NCBI GenBank assembly: GCA_963830915.1
Contig: CAWHOE010000027.1
Span: 1 to 64,000 of the forward strand
DNA length: 64,000 nucleotides
Direction: 5' to 3'
Origin: a candidate division FCPU426 bacterium
Lineage (GTDB): Bacteria > Oederibacteriota > Muellerivitia > Muellerivitales > Muellerivitaceae
Shown piece by piece: positions 1-11,311 of the stretch. The notes under the pieces were generated by a model that was not told the origin of the DNA, did no database searches, and saw only the letters and a program-made list of their open reading frames with translations. Made by a program: the position numbers and the translations under genes. Numbering within the stretch: the first letter of the stretch is position 1; each line of letters begins with the position of its first letter.

Positions 1-2119
1 GCGACCGGTACCGCCAAGGCTTGATTGAGGTGTCGTAGGTGTTGGGATCACAACAGGTGCTGCGGTTACCGGACCTGCCGGAAGCGCTGTTGACCGTACC
101 GTAATATCCCCCTGTGCCGGTTGCATTGACTTCAAGGTAATCACCGGAATAGGATGGTGCAATTACATACCTGCTCAATGTTGCCCCCGGAATGGAAGAA
201 TAATCCGTTGATCGACGTTGAGTTAAACCACTGGTAGGTCACGGTGCAGCCGCTGGTATTACCGTCCCGTTGGTCAACGTCTGGCCAACCTGGGGTGTGC
301 CTGTGGTTGCGCCGATTCCGGTGATCGGGATAGCGGTAACCGGCCCGACTGCCGTGCTGTTGACCGTCCCAGCGAAAAAGCCCGTGCCGGTCGCATTGAC
401 TTCAAGGTAGTGACCGATATCACTGGCAGACGGGACATAGGTGCCCGATGTTGCTCCAAAAATCGGCGAATATGGGCCGTTAATCGACGTTGAATTAAAC
501 CACTGGAATGTTACGGTGGCAGCTGAGGGTGTCACAGTTCCGTTGGTCAGTGTATCGCCTACCTGAGCGGGTACCGCTGATTAAACCGATTTGAGTAATC
601 GGTGTAACATACGTGAACTCATCAGCCGATGAAGTCGTGGATGTGCCTGCGGGCGTGGTGACCATAATGTCGACCATGCCCGAACCGGGAGGGGAGATTG
701 TGGTGATCTGCGTAACTGAATCCAGCAGCATGTACGTTGGGCTCACCGTTGTGCCCACAACCCAGCTACGTGCGGTGGTACCAGCATATCCCCGGGTTAC
801 TCCCAAAAGAATAGTGCCACTGATCGACTGGTAATAAACAGCCTCTGCGGTTGTCCCTGTCCCGATAATGGCAAAGTCCGGACCTGCGGGAAAACCGTTT
901 ACACTTGAAACCGGGAGGGAATTTGCAGTCGAAGTAATGCTTGAACTCAGGGTACTAATCGCATTCAGTGCTACCGGTATTCCATTAAAGGTGACTGCCA
1001 TAACGCCGGTAAAATTGCTCCCGGTGATCGTCACCACGGCCCCGCCGACTTTCCGGGCCGTCAGAGGGAGAAACACCGGATATCTCTGGTGGACCTGTTA
1101 TTGTTATAGCTTCACTTACCTGCTGACTGTCAACCGTGGCAGTAACCGTTGCCGTCCCTGAAGAAAGAGGGGTGAACAGGGTCGTGTTCGCGCCGTTTGT
1201 CATATTCCCTGCAGTCGGCGAGAGGATGCCGGTGACTCCGGTAACCAGGAACGCAACAGGAATTTCATCCGGTACGTGCCCGCTTGCCGGGTCGGAAAAG
1301 TACCCGATGAATCACAGGTCAGGTTCGCCTGGATTGTGGTAGTCTGACTCATGGCGATAGATGAGGGGGTTGCGGTTATGCCAAGAACCAACCACGGCGA
1401 ATAACTCGCCGGCCCAATCCGCCAAAATATGCCGCTGGATCGGCATTCGATCCCCACCAGTTGTCTGAGGCGGTCACACTATGTACATTGTTCCAAAGAA
1501 ATGGGTCAGCGTTATTCTCGCTGGAAATCCGGGAGAATTTCATTAAAGACGGACCCACCATTATCCACCATGACCCAACCTTGTCAATCCCGATTCCGGT
1601 AAACGTGGAGAATAGTATTGTAATGGAGCCAACACCGTTGTAGAAAATTGCGTCACCTCCATTGAAACTAAACATGCTGGATTGAATGTTGATATCGTTG
1701 TTACCAACGTTTACGATCGCGGGTTCACCTGTATGGTCAAATGTAGAGGAGGTTATGGTGATGTCGTTCACGTTACCGTTGACCAATACTTCGCCATTGA
1801 AAGTCAGGTTGTCAATATTGACGGCATTCAGGGCGCCGTTAATCTCGAAAATCGTTCCTCCCCCCTCAAGAAGGGTGTTTGTCTGGTTGCCGCCCGCAGC
1901 GGCATTTGCCTCAATGGTAACTGTTTTGCCATCGCCGTTGACGACGATGACCCCCGTATCGTAATACGTCCCCGGGTTGAGAAGGATAACGCTGTAGCCA
2001 TTGTTAATTGCCGTTTGGATAGACTGTCCTGGATTAAGAATAATTGCGTCTGCTGGTACCACGATCATCAACGCCGCCAGAATAAACACCACGGGCAGGA
2101 CAAATCGTTTCAAATGCAT
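1..2119 (-). CDS. Large secreted/surface protein (beta-helix, Ig-like, IPT/TIG and tandem Ig-like repeats); several frameshifts; runs off the left window edge
   Basis: ORF pieces 1376-2236, 1200-1457, 985-1203, 495-1076 and 239-535 join into one protein. Signal peptide MHLKRFVLPVVFILAALMIVVPADA; LNPGTYY beta-helix start; IPT motifs (VTITGSNF, VDIMVTTPAGTS). Confidence 0.8.
60..560 (-). repeat. Intragenic tandem repeat (~270 bp period) encoding an Ig-like module
   Basis: gttgaccgt..tgtgccggttgcattgacttcaaggta at ~89-139 recurs at ~359-409; atcgacgttga.ttaaaccactgg occurs at ~210 and ~483. Confidence 0.85.
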
Positions 2120-2190
2120 AGATGAAGATCCTGGTACGCTGCCAAAACCGGGGTGACGCATAAATCCTCGCGGATGCGGTGAACTCATAA

Positions 2191-2290
2191 AAAAACCTGT
2201 ATATCCCGATTGATTGATCTCTGGGACAATGAGCAATAAATTTTGGGAAATAGAGGTGACAATTTGATAAATCCGGTGAGAACCAGAAAC
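2191..2290 (-). promoter_or_regulatory. Conserved upstream element, copy 1
   Basis: Closely similar to 5337-5436; ~70 nt upstream of the 2119 start. Confidence 0.7.
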
Positions 2291-2402
2291 CCTCAGGGAA
2301 AACCTTTTCCACAGTCGATACTACGCCATTGTTTCCTTTCTCGAACATGAAAGAAGTCTAAAAAAGTAACGATGTTTTTGCCCGGTTTTTCCGGGTACTG
2401 TA

Positions 2403-5255
2403 TTATTTGTATTTCCGGAACAATGCCGGGTTCTGTCTCTGGATCCACCAGCGCCGGACCATAAACCCGCCGCCGGTAAAGACCCCGATTCCTGCGACAC
2501 CCTCAATCACGGAGACAACCGGGACCCCGCCGGACGAGGAGCTGGTCCCTGAAGAGGCCGCTGGTGCCGGTGCTGACGACCCCGGTGAACCCGGCGGTTG
2601 CGATCCCGTGGCAGGCTGCTGAGGTGCCGGATTGGATGATCCCCGTGGCACGGGAGCAGGGCCAGTATATCCCGTGGTCCCCGCTGTTACCGGAATTTAC
2701 CCAATAATCGGAGCGACTGCCACTATTGCTCTGCTGGACCGGCATCGTTGTGGTGGTGGCGGGTGTTCCCGCAGCATTCACGATGATATATCCGGGCCGG
2801 GTCCGGGTGTCGCTGCCCGTGGTATTGGTGACGGTAAGCGAAACCGTGTAGGTCCCTTCCGATGAATACGTATGTACCGGGCTGGAACTCACGGTCGTGT
2901 TGAACCAGGAATTGTCCCCGAAACTCCAGTTCCACATTTCCCCGCCCGTGACGAGAGAGGAATCGGTAAACGTCACCATGAGCGGTGCCGTCCCGGTGGT
3001 GGGAACACCGGAGAAGGATGCGGTTGGCTGGCCGGGAGCGGTGACATGGATATACCCCACCTGTATCGCAGTGCTGCTGCCGGACGCGTTAGTGACAGTG
3101 AGTGAAACATCGCAGGTACCGACATTGGGGTACGTGTAACTCACGTTTCTCCGGGTGATATCCGTGGTGTTAAACCAATAGTTATTACCAAGCGACCAGT
3201 TCCACATGAGGGGTTCAAAAGCATCGGAGGTGTCGTTGAACTGGACGGCAAGGGGTGCTGTGCCGGCGGTGATATTTGAGGTGAAGGATGCAATCGGGAA
3301 CGATATATAGGTGAAATGGTCGGCCAAGGAGATTGCTGATGTACCCCCAGGTGTTGTGACGGTGACATCGACAGTTCCTGTATCTGCAGGTGAAGTCGCC
3401 GTGATTGTATTTGGATTGACAACTACGACGTTGGTTGCTACGGTGCTGCCAAATGATACCGTGGTAGCACCGGACATAAAGTTTGTACCGGATATGGTAA
3501 CTGCCGTATTACCTCCTGTCGAACCACGGTTAGGTGAGACGACGGTAACCGTTGGGGCTGGAGGGAGGGCAGCCGCATACATGAACTGGTCGGCTGCTGA
3601 AGTCGCTGATGTTCCCCCCGTATTCGTGATAGTGATATCGACCGTTCCCGAACCGGGCAGGAGATGTTGTGGTGATCGAAGTATCATTAATAACGGAAAA
3701 AGAGAGGGCTGCTGCACTGCCGAAGTTAACTGCCGTCGTCCCAATAAAGTCTGTCCCGGTGATCGTTACCGAAGTACTGCCAGCTTCCGGCCGGTTGTAG
3801 GGGAGATACTGGAAACAGTGGGAGCAGGGGGTGAAGAGACTGTTATTGGTTGTTGAACGCTGAATCCGTCGACCTCCGCAGAAACCGTCGCCGGTCCGAC
3901 CCCAGTGGGGGTGAATGTCGTCGTATTCGCACCGCTCGTCATATTTCCTGCGGACGGCTGGAGACTCCCGGTAACACCCGAGAACCCGAACGCTACCGGA
4001 ATGCCGTCAGGAACTTGACCGAGTCCCGACGCGTCATAACTATCTCCGGAACTACTCATGTTGTAGGTCAGGTTCGCTTGGACCTGATATGTCCTGTACT
4101 CAATCATTGCAGACGGAGAGGTGATGCCAAGAACCAGCCATGAGGTAGGAGAGATACCGATAAGTCTGGAGCTGTTCCGGGTAGCTGTTCGTTCCCCACC
4201 AGTTATTATCTGCAGTGACGATTCCCAATCTAATACTATTAATCGCGCCGCCACCGACGCCTGCTGTATTCTTGCATCCGGAGAACGTGGAGAAGGTTAT
4301 ACTGAGGGTGCCAGCGTTATAGATCGCGCCGCCTCCAAAGCTGCCGAAATCTGTACACCCGGTGAAAGTGGAGGAGTTAATACTGGTGATGGTGTCTTCG
4401 TTATAGATCGCACCGCCTCCTATGTCACCCGTGCAATTGGTAAAAGTAGAGGTGGTGACACTGGTGATGGTGTCGACGTTATAGATCGCGCCGCCTGCGA
4501 GAGAAGTGCAACCGGTGAAAGTTGAAGACGTGATACTGGTGATTGTGCCATGGTTAAAGATCACACCGCCTTCTCCATTAGCAGCAGTGCATCCAGAGAA
4601 AATGGAGGAGGTGATACCATTAATTTTGCCGCCACTGGATGTGCCGCCAACCTCATTATAGATCGCGCCACCGTTTGAAGCCGAGCAATTGGCAAACGTG
4701 GAGGAGGAGATACTGGTGATTGTGCCGCCATCGTTATAGATCGCACCGCCATCTTTGTTTGTAGCCGTGCATTTGGAGAACGTGGAGGAGATGATACTAA
4801 GGGTGCCACGGTTGTTAAAGATCGCGCCGCCTCCGCCAGAAGTGCAATCGGTGAAAGCTGAAGAAGTGATACTAAGGGTGCCACGGTCGTTATAGATCGC
4901 AGCACCACCGTCTAAAGTATTTCCGTTCTCAAACGTCAGGTTGTCGATGGCAAGGGAGTAGCCGTTCACAAAGATACTGGTACCTGAAGATGAGCCGTCA
5001 ATGATGGTGTCCCATGGGCCGTGGCCGTACGAGGTGTTGGCCTGGATGGTGATGGCATTTCCAACCATGATATCGCTCTGGTAGTACGTGCCCGGGTTCA
5101 GGATAACGATACCACCACTGCCCGGCATTCGTGATTGCAGTTGCGATAGATTGGCCGGGATTGATCGTCACTGTGCCTGCCGAGACCGTCCCCACCAGCA
5201 CCAGCGCAACAACCAGCAACCCTGCAAGAACCAGACCGTACCCTTTCGTATTCAT
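2403..5255 (-). CDS. Surface protein: GGAI(Y/F)N beta-helix repeats, Ig-like, 2 IPT/TIG, 2 PKD, C-terminal TM anchor; frameshifted
   Basis: Pieces 4998-5255 (signal peptide), 4100-5128 (GGAIYN repeats), 3766-4254, 2503-3744 (IPT; PKD motifs APLxVxFxD, WNWSFGD, VSLTVTN) and 2403-2651 (TM + RRWWIQRQNPALF). Confidence 0.85.
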
Positions 5256-5336
5256 TTACGCCACCCCTGGTACTCACGAAATAATCCGGGAGGCACATTT
5301 TTTATTAAAGCGGACTTTGATAGGTCTCCGGTTTAG

Positions 5337-5436
5337 AAAAGCCTGCACACCCGATTTGATAACTCTCTGGGACAATGGGCAATAAAGATTGGGAAATAGA
5401 GGTGACCATTTGATAAATTCCGTGAGAAGCAGAAAC
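5337..5436 (-). promoter_or_regulatory. Conserved upstream element, copy 2
   Basis: Closely similar to 2191-2290; ~80 nt upstream of ATG 5255. Confidence 0.7.
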
Positions 5437-5578
5437 GGAAATGGATATCCTCGCTCATGTCTCGAAAATTATTCTCGCGATCCCATATGCGGATCCGCTG
5501 CGGAGGAATACCGGAGAGCCGAATTTTCGATAGATTGTAACCTGAAATAGTACCGATTAAACGAATCCGCCGGTGATT

Positions 5579-5700
5579 ATCTGATGAATGCTCCAGAGCC
5601 GTTTTTCTACTATAATACCTGAAAAACTCCGGGAATCAGCCTACGCGGCAAGGGGCGAAAAGCCCCGGGTGAAGCGTCTTCTGAAAAAATCCCCTCAATA
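5579..5700. repeat. Dispersed hairpin-containing repeat, copy A
   Basis: cgtttttctactataatacctgaaaaactccggg..acgcggcaaggggcgaaaagccccgggtgaagcgtcttctgaaaaaat; hairpin GGGGC-GAAAA-GCCCC at 5652-5666. Confidence 0.85.
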
Positions 5701-6072
5701 CTCCCTCCTTCTCATTACAACCCCCCGGATCCCACCTTTTGGGTTCCGGACATCCCCGGCATACCGGGGGATCATATGGCAATGGCTGTGCATCACGGTC
5801 TGCCCGGCTGCAGCGCCAACGTTGATCCCAATGTTATAACCAGCCGGTTGGAGATTTTTCTCGATAACACCTTTACACTCATTGATCAGCCCAACCATTG
5901 CCTGTTTCTCTTCAACTGTCAGCGAGAAAAAATCCGGTTCATGCCGGAACGGGATGATCAGTACATGCCCCTTGCTGACCGGAAAAATATCCCAGCGGGC
6001 ATAGCAGAGATCGTTCTTCGCAACAATCTCATCCGCAAGCGGATTACAGAACGGACATTTCACCGGCTCCAT
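5695..6072 (-). CDS. HIT family hydrolase
   Basis: CPFC N-terminus, FPVSKGH, GYNIGINVGAAAGQTVMHSHCHMIPR histidine triad. Confidence 0.95.
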   Translation of the reverse strand: MEPVKCPFCNPLADEIVAKNDLCYARWDIFPVSKGHVLIIPFRHEPDFFSLTVEEKQAMVGLINECKGVIEKNLQPAGYNIGINVGAAAGQTVMHSHCHMIPRYAGDVRNPKGGIRGVVMRRREY

Positions 6073-6172
6073 GCATCAAACTCCCGGACATCAATAGTGG
6101 GAACTATTCCCTGAAAAAATATACTTTCCCTTACTACGTTGACAGGATTAACCGTCCATCCTGGTGCACCTT

Positions 6173-6860
6173 TCAGCCAAGTACCCACGACGGCTGGTTT
6201 TCGTAGTTAAGCGTTACATACGTTGTACTGGGGGTGAACGAATCAGGAACCTCAAAGATGAGATACCCGTCTAATCCGTTGGACTGGCCTGGTTGGACAT
6301 CACCGGCAGCCCCGGTTCCCCCTGCCCCGACCAGATCGGCATAGGGTGTCCCAGGTACCTGGCTAAGAGTGACCTGGGGTACATTGATGACTGACGTCTT
6401 GTACGAAATACCGTTGCTGTACACGTAAAATTGACCTGCGGAAGGAGCACTTATCGCATTTGTACCGGTGTTGATAAACTTTACAAACACAATCAGGAAC
6501 GTGTTGCCCGCGGCGGGCGTCACTGTAGTGTAGCCGTTTTCAAGGTTCGGTTCGATTCGCAATCTGCTGGTAGGGATTACTGTTGTATTGAGGGGACGAC
6601 CAGTTATAGTTCGATAATACCTTGTATCCGTACACGGTCACCTGTCCCTGATTGGCTCCACTGCCAAACTGGTCATTTTGATTGACTGCCAGGGCATTGG
6701 GGAATGGCACCTGGGTAGGTGTAGGTGTAACGGGGGGGAGGGAAACGGTGGGAGTATACGTATACGTCGGTGCCTGAACCTGCGATGTACTGGTGCATCC
6801 GGAAACGAGGAGGATGAGTACCAGCACGCCAAAACCTGCGAAAACATAAGAAAATTTCAT
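6173..6860 (-). CDS. Lipoprotein with DUF4352-like Ig domain (frameshift ~6550)
   Basis: Lipobox LVSGC, T/P-rich linker, FLIVFVKFINTG..VQPGQS..GYLIFEVP. Confidence 0.7.
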
Positions 6861-7073
6861 ACACTATCAGTTCTCCAAATCGGTCTCACGACTTTGAGTA
6901 ATGGTGGAGAAGGAGTATGCGTGGATAAACATTTGGATACTGACAAAATCCGGGACCATTTTGGCTAATTCCCTGATTTCAATAGTATACGAAGTCGTTA
7001 CAACCTTAATACGTCGTAGATCCTTCATCAAAGATTTTAGGACAAGACAACCCAATAAAACATACGTGAAATT

Positions 7074-7286
7074 ATGTCGGTTTTTACTGCCGTACTTCAT
7101 AAAGAAGACGATATGTATGTGGCAGACTGCCCCGAGGTGGGTACGGCCAGTCAAGGAAAAACCGTGGAAGAAGCGGTCAATAACCTCAAAGAAGCGACCG
7201 AGCTGTATCTGGAAGAGTTCCCCCAGCCAAAAAAGAAACGTGCAATCCTGACCACCTTTGAGGTGTCATCGGTTGCCACATCATAA
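7074..7286 (+). CDS. hicB: HicB family antitoxin
   Basis: YVADCPEVGTASQGKTVEEAVNNLKEATELYLE. Confidence 0.9.
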   Translation: MSVFTAVLHKEDDMYVADCPEVGTASQGKTVEEAVNNLKEATELYLEEFPQPKKKRAILTTFEVSSVATS

Positions 7287-7459
7287 ACCGGTTTCCGGTG
7301 AAGATGTAATCAGGGTTCTTTGCAATAAACTGGGTTTTACTATTTCAGGAAGGTCCGGCAGTCATGTTCGGCTCTCAAAAATGACTGCTGATGGAAAAAC
7401 CGGAACGGTTGTTCCCCTTGGCAAAAATCGATATTGATGATTTTTACCAATATATCTGA
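7273..7459 (+). pseudogene. hicA: HicA family toxin with an internal deletion
   Basis: Manual translation TTG-PHHKPVSGEDVIRVLCNKLGFTISGRSGSHVRLSK..VVPL, then out-of-frame AKIDIDDFYQYI*; the usual H..L..GTL..IL segment is absent. Confidence 0.75.
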
Positions 7460-7540
7460 ACATGAGTCTCATTCGCGGGTTTCCAGTGGAAGATTCTTAT
7501 GAGCCGAACGAGCTCAGGTAAGGCGTGTCCTTTATAGGAT

Positions 7541-7638
7541 CGTTTTTTCTCTATAATAACTGAAAATCCGGGGAAAAGCCCACGCGGCTAGGGGCGATAA
7601 GCCCCGGTGATGCGTCTTCTGAAAAAATTCCCTCAATA
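7541..7638. repeat. Dispersed hairpin-containing repeat, copy B
   Basis: cgttttttctctataataactgaaaatccggg..acgcggctaggggcgataagccccggtgatgcgtcttctgaaaaaattccctcaata. Confidence 0.85.
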
Positions 7639-7705
7639 ACCCTCCGCATCCCGCCTCGTGTCATCACGGACACACCCAGCGTACCAGGGATCTTATTGGC
7701 ACATG
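7631..7705 (-). pseudogene. Degenerate relic of the HIT gene 3' end
   Basis: Aligns by eye to ~5693-5785 (IPRYAGDV..GGIRGV region) and directly continues repeat copy B. Confidence 0.6.
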
Positions 7706-7712
7706 CAGGATT

Positions 7713-8460
7713 TCATTTCCACTTTGTGAGGATCTCGTCTCTCCGGAATGTAGACACAGCAAGAGAGAAAAGCCCTACGTCGGCGACAAGAATGATTACC
7801 GAGATGATGAGGAGATAGGGTATCGTAAGCGGGTACACGTTTATCTCCCCGAGCAGGTAGATCACCGCAAAGGGGATCACGATCAGGGACCCGAGCTGCT
7901 GGGCGGTTCCGTACATCGTTTATCCGGGCCGAGAAAATCACGCTCACTTCCACCGCCGTGATAGCTGCCAGGGGCACCAGGAGCAGCATGATGACCGCTA
8001 TCATTCCGTTGGGATAATAGACGTAGCCCAGCAGACCAGAGGTGACGGCGTCGATCATGCACATGAAGATCACCCCACCGATCCAGATGGCAACCAGGGG
8101 GGGAAGGAGCGCCCCGATGCTTTTTCCCAGGAGGATCTCGCTGTCGGTGGTGGGGGTGGCGAGCAGGGGCTCCAGGCTCTGGTCCTGTTTTTCGCCGACG
8201 ATACTGTAGGACGCGATCACGGTCGGGAGGCTTGCAGCTCCGATCAGGAACACAAAGGAGAATGCATTTATAACAGGGGGCAGGCCTGACTGGACATCTG
8301 AAATGCTGCTGCCGGATCCTGCTGAAAGAAAGAAGATCATCAGGGGCAGACCGACGGATACAAAGAGAGGAAGAAGGATCACACTGTAGAAGATACTTTT
8401 CTTTTTCCGGAAGATGTCGATATCCTTTGACGCGATGATCCATGCTTTTGAAAATCTCAT
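7713..8460 (-). CDS. ABC-2 type exporter permease (frameshift ~7910)
   Basis: SIVGEKQDQSLEPLLATPTTDSEILLGK motif; multiple TM segments. Confidence 0.9.
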
Positions 8461-9377
8461 AGTGTTTCCCTCACGGTCTTCAGGTATACGTCTTCAAGGG
8501 TGGGATTGAGTCCCTGGACGAACTGGACCCGGCCCCCAGCGGCTACGATGGCCTGGACCAGGCCGGGATTTTCCTTTCCGGCGTTCTTTACATCGATTAC
8601 CAACCTACGGTCTTCGACCACCACCTTTCCTGAAGTGAGTTGTCTGACCGCCGAAATGATCCTGTCGTTGACCTCTTCAAGCTGGATAACCGTTTTACTA
8701 CCCCAGAGCGACTCTTTCAGCTCTTCCGGAGTCCCTATGCGGAGCAGATGTGTTTTGAGAATACCGATGCGGTCGCAGAGTTTCTGTGCCTCGTCGAGGT
8801 TGTGCGTGTTGAGAAAGATGGTCTTCTTCTCTTTTTTCAGTTCCGTGATAAAGTCCCGGACCGTTTTGGCCGCTTCTGGGTCCAGGTTGGCCGTTGGTTC
8901 ATCCAGAAACAGGATCTCCGGATCGTGCACCAGCGCACGGGCAATGGCCACTTTCTGTTTCATGCCTTTGGAGAATGTTCCCACGGCTACGTCTTTCTTT
9001 TCCCAGAGCCCGAGCAGCCTGAGCAGGCGTTCGATACTCTCTTTTCTTTGTTGTTCGGTACGATCATACAGCTTGGCGTAAAAATCGAGATTCTGGTAGG
9101 CGCTTAGTTCGCTGTAAAGGCCGACATTTTCCGGCATAAAACCAATGATCCTGCGGATCTTCAGGGAATCGGCGTCGTTTGTTGTATCATACCCGGCGAT
9201 CCGTGCCTCCCCGCTGGTCTTTGAGATAAGGCAGCAGAGCATGCGGACCGTGGTCGTTTTTCCGGCACCATTGGGGCCGAGGAAACCGAAGACCTCGCCT
9301 TCACTGACATGGAACGTCAGGCTGTCGACCCCGGTAAGGTCCCCGAATTTTTTCGTGAGGTTTATTGCATCGATCAT
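8457..9377 (-). CDS. ABC transporter ATP-binding protein
   Basis: Walker A GPNGAGKTT, FSKGMKQK signature, ILFLDEPT. Confidence 0.95.
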   Translation of the reverse strand: MIDAINLTKKFGDLTGVDSLTFHVSEGEVFGFLGPNGAGKTTTVRMLCCLISKTSGEARIAGYDTTNDADSLKIRRIIGFMPENVGLYSELSAYQNLDFYAKLYDRTEQQRKESIERLLRLLGLWEKKDVAVGTFSKGMKQKVAIARALVHDPEILFLDEPTANLDPEAAKTVRDFITELKKEKKTIFLNTHNLDEAQKLCDRIGILKTHLLRIGTPEELKESLWGSKTVIQLEEVNDRIISAVRQLTSGKVVVEDRRLVIDVKNAGKENPGLVQAIVAAGGRVQFVQGLNPTLEDVYLKTVRETL

Positions 9378-9438
9378 GCCGCTGCACCCAATACTGTGAC
9401 GGGAGTTTCCGAGAGATTTCGTGTCGGAAAACTCATGT

Positions 9439-9675
9439 TTACCACCTTACATGAGCGCCTGCTCGCTGATACTGCGGGATCCAGAATGCAAAGGCGGCAG
9501 CAAGAGCTATCACCTCGATGAGAATTACACCGAGAACCACAGGTAATGGCATGTTTTCATGCCAGTAAAACACTATCAGGTTAATCAGAAGCAGATCTAT
9601 GACTATATACAGGATCATTCTCTTCGCGAATGTTGCCGGAATAAATATACCAAGTTCGTCTTTTGTTTCGTTCAT
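9439..9675 (-). CDS. Small two-TM membrane protein upstream of the ABC genes
   Basis: GGAG RBS, ATG 9675, two hydrophobic segments. Confidence 0.65.
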   Translation of the reverse strand: MNETKDELGIFIPATFAKRMILYIVIDLLLINLIVFYWHENMPLPVVLGVILIEVIALAAAFAFWIPQYQRAGAHVRW

Positions 9676-9854
9676 AGTGACTCCTCCCCGGTTGTAGTAA
9701 TTCACGTATGTATGATAAATCCATCGCGGGAAAGAAACGCTTCTGAAGGGCAATAATTATCGTGTAGGAACAGAATCGATCACGGAGAATATGCGAAACC
9801 GGGTAATTATTACATCAACAATCACATTGGAGCATATCCTTCAGGTGAAATAAA

Positions 9855-10538
9855 ATGGATTATGGAACGCTTATCGGGAACTCCTTTACCTATGTAAAGG
9901 AAGGTGTCATTGACAAGATGAAGACGTGGCTGCTCCTGGTTATTGCCACACTTATTCTCGTTATCCCCCTGATGGGATACATCATGGGTGTATACCGGGG
10001 AACAACACCTGCTCCCGAAGTAGAGAACTGGCCTAAACTCATCGTTGACGGCATACGTTTCATTATCGTCAGTTTAGTGTATGCAATACCTGCAATTATC
10101 CTCTGGTTCCTCGTAGTTGGTCTGGCTTTTCCCTCACTCAAAAACACTCCGGCGGGAATGATATCAGGTATGGTTAGTCCAGTCCTCATAGGTCTTCTGG
10201 CCATCGTCGTCATTATTATTACCCTTATTCAGCCAATGGGCTTGATCCGTTTCGCACGCACTGCAAAATTCGGCGAAGCTTTTAATTTCGGGGAAATTAT
10301 TGCAACGATAAAAAAGATTGGCTGGTTATCCTATATCCTGGCACTGATAATCGGTATTATTGTTGTCCTGATACCCGGGCTCATCCTTGAGGCTGTCTGT
10401 GCTGTGCTGATAATTAAACTGCTCATGCCAGGAGTGGTCATTGCAGCCGTGCTCTTCGCTTTTGTTCTGCCAATCCTTACCATATTCTATGCGAGGTACC
10501 TGACCCGGGTTTATGAGAGCGCCGGTACTGCATCCTAG
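9855..10538 (+). CDS. DUF4013-like membrane protein
   Basis: PLMGYIMGVYRG..PAPE..W..L.VDG and RFART..FGEAFNF patterns. Confidence 0.8.
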   Translation: MDYGTLIGNSFTYVKEGVIDKMKTWLLLVIATLILVIPLMGYIMGVYRGTTPAPEVENWPKLIVDGIRFIIVSLVYAIPAIILWFLVVGLAFPSLKNTPAGMISGMVSPVLIGLLAIVVIIITLIQPMGLIRFARTAKFGEAFNFGEIIATIKKIGWLSYILALIIGIIVVLIPGLILEAVCAVLIIKLLMPGVVIAAVLFAFVLPILTIFYARYLTRVYESAGTAS

Positions 10539-10639
10539 TTCAGATCTGGATGTCCTTTGAGGTTATTTAAATAACCGATAACGAACTGTTAATCGAAAAA
10601 TCGAATGGAATGAAATTCCCAGATTGCATCTCTGAGAAC

Positions 10640-11311
10640 TCAGGGTAATGATTTTGCAAACTCCCGGACCTTTACCGACGCATCGGGTCTAAGAGGTATC
10701 CCGTGTCCCGACAGCATGATATCAAAATCAATTGCGGCGATTTTATTGATTGATTTTTTTACCTCACCCGGGTCTAAGGTTAATGGCCCTGTTTTGATGT
10801 TAATGCCGTCAAACCTCAATAGATCCCCTGCAAACATAATTTTTGATGCCGGATCAAAAAGACAAATACTTCCCGGTGTATGTCCTGGTGTATGAATTGT
10901 GGTGAGACCAGCGATTGTGTCACCGTCGCCGAGCTTTATATCCGGTTCAACAGGCTTTGATCTGAAAAACAGGGGCATGAGGAATTTAAGGATCATTCCT
11001 ATACCACCTCTCGGTACAGGCTGGGTTTTTCTCCCGGAAACATAGTCCGCATCCGCTTCATGAATGGCCACCTTCGCACCGCTCAGTTCTTTGAGATCGA
11101 AAGCGTCACCCACGTGATCAACATGAAAGTGTGTCAGGACTATAGTTTTGATTTCTGAAGGTTCACGTTTAAGAACATCCTGAATATATTTTACTATTTT
11201 TGCCCTGTTTCCGGGCATTCCCGTATCGATAAGTGTCAGCTCGTCCCGAACAATAATAAAACAATTACCATTTACACCATCGACTTGGTGAATTCCAGGT
11301 ACTATCTCCAC
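10640..11311 (-). CDS. Metallo-beta-lactamase fold hydrolase
   Basis: LIDTG, THFHVDHVG, HTPGHTPGS, FAGD, SGHG. Confidence 0.95.
   Translation of the reverse strand: MEIVPGIHQVDGVNGNCFIIVRDELTLIDTGMPGNRAKIVKYIQDVLKREPSEIKTIVLTHFHVDHVGDAFDLKELSGAKVAIHEADADYVSGRKTQPVPRGGIGMILKFLMPLFFRSKPVEPDIKLGDGDTIAGLTTIHTPGHTPGSICLFDPASKIMFAGDLLRFDGINIKTGPLTLDPGEVKKSINKIAAIDFDIMLSGHGIPLRPDASVKVREFAKSLP

Noticed and set aside
4250..4910. Regularly spaced gttatagatcgc.cc.cc repeats resembling a CRISPR array or DGR
   Set aside because: They encode in-frame GGAIYN beta-helix repeats, the spacers are similar to each other, and no cas or RT gene is present
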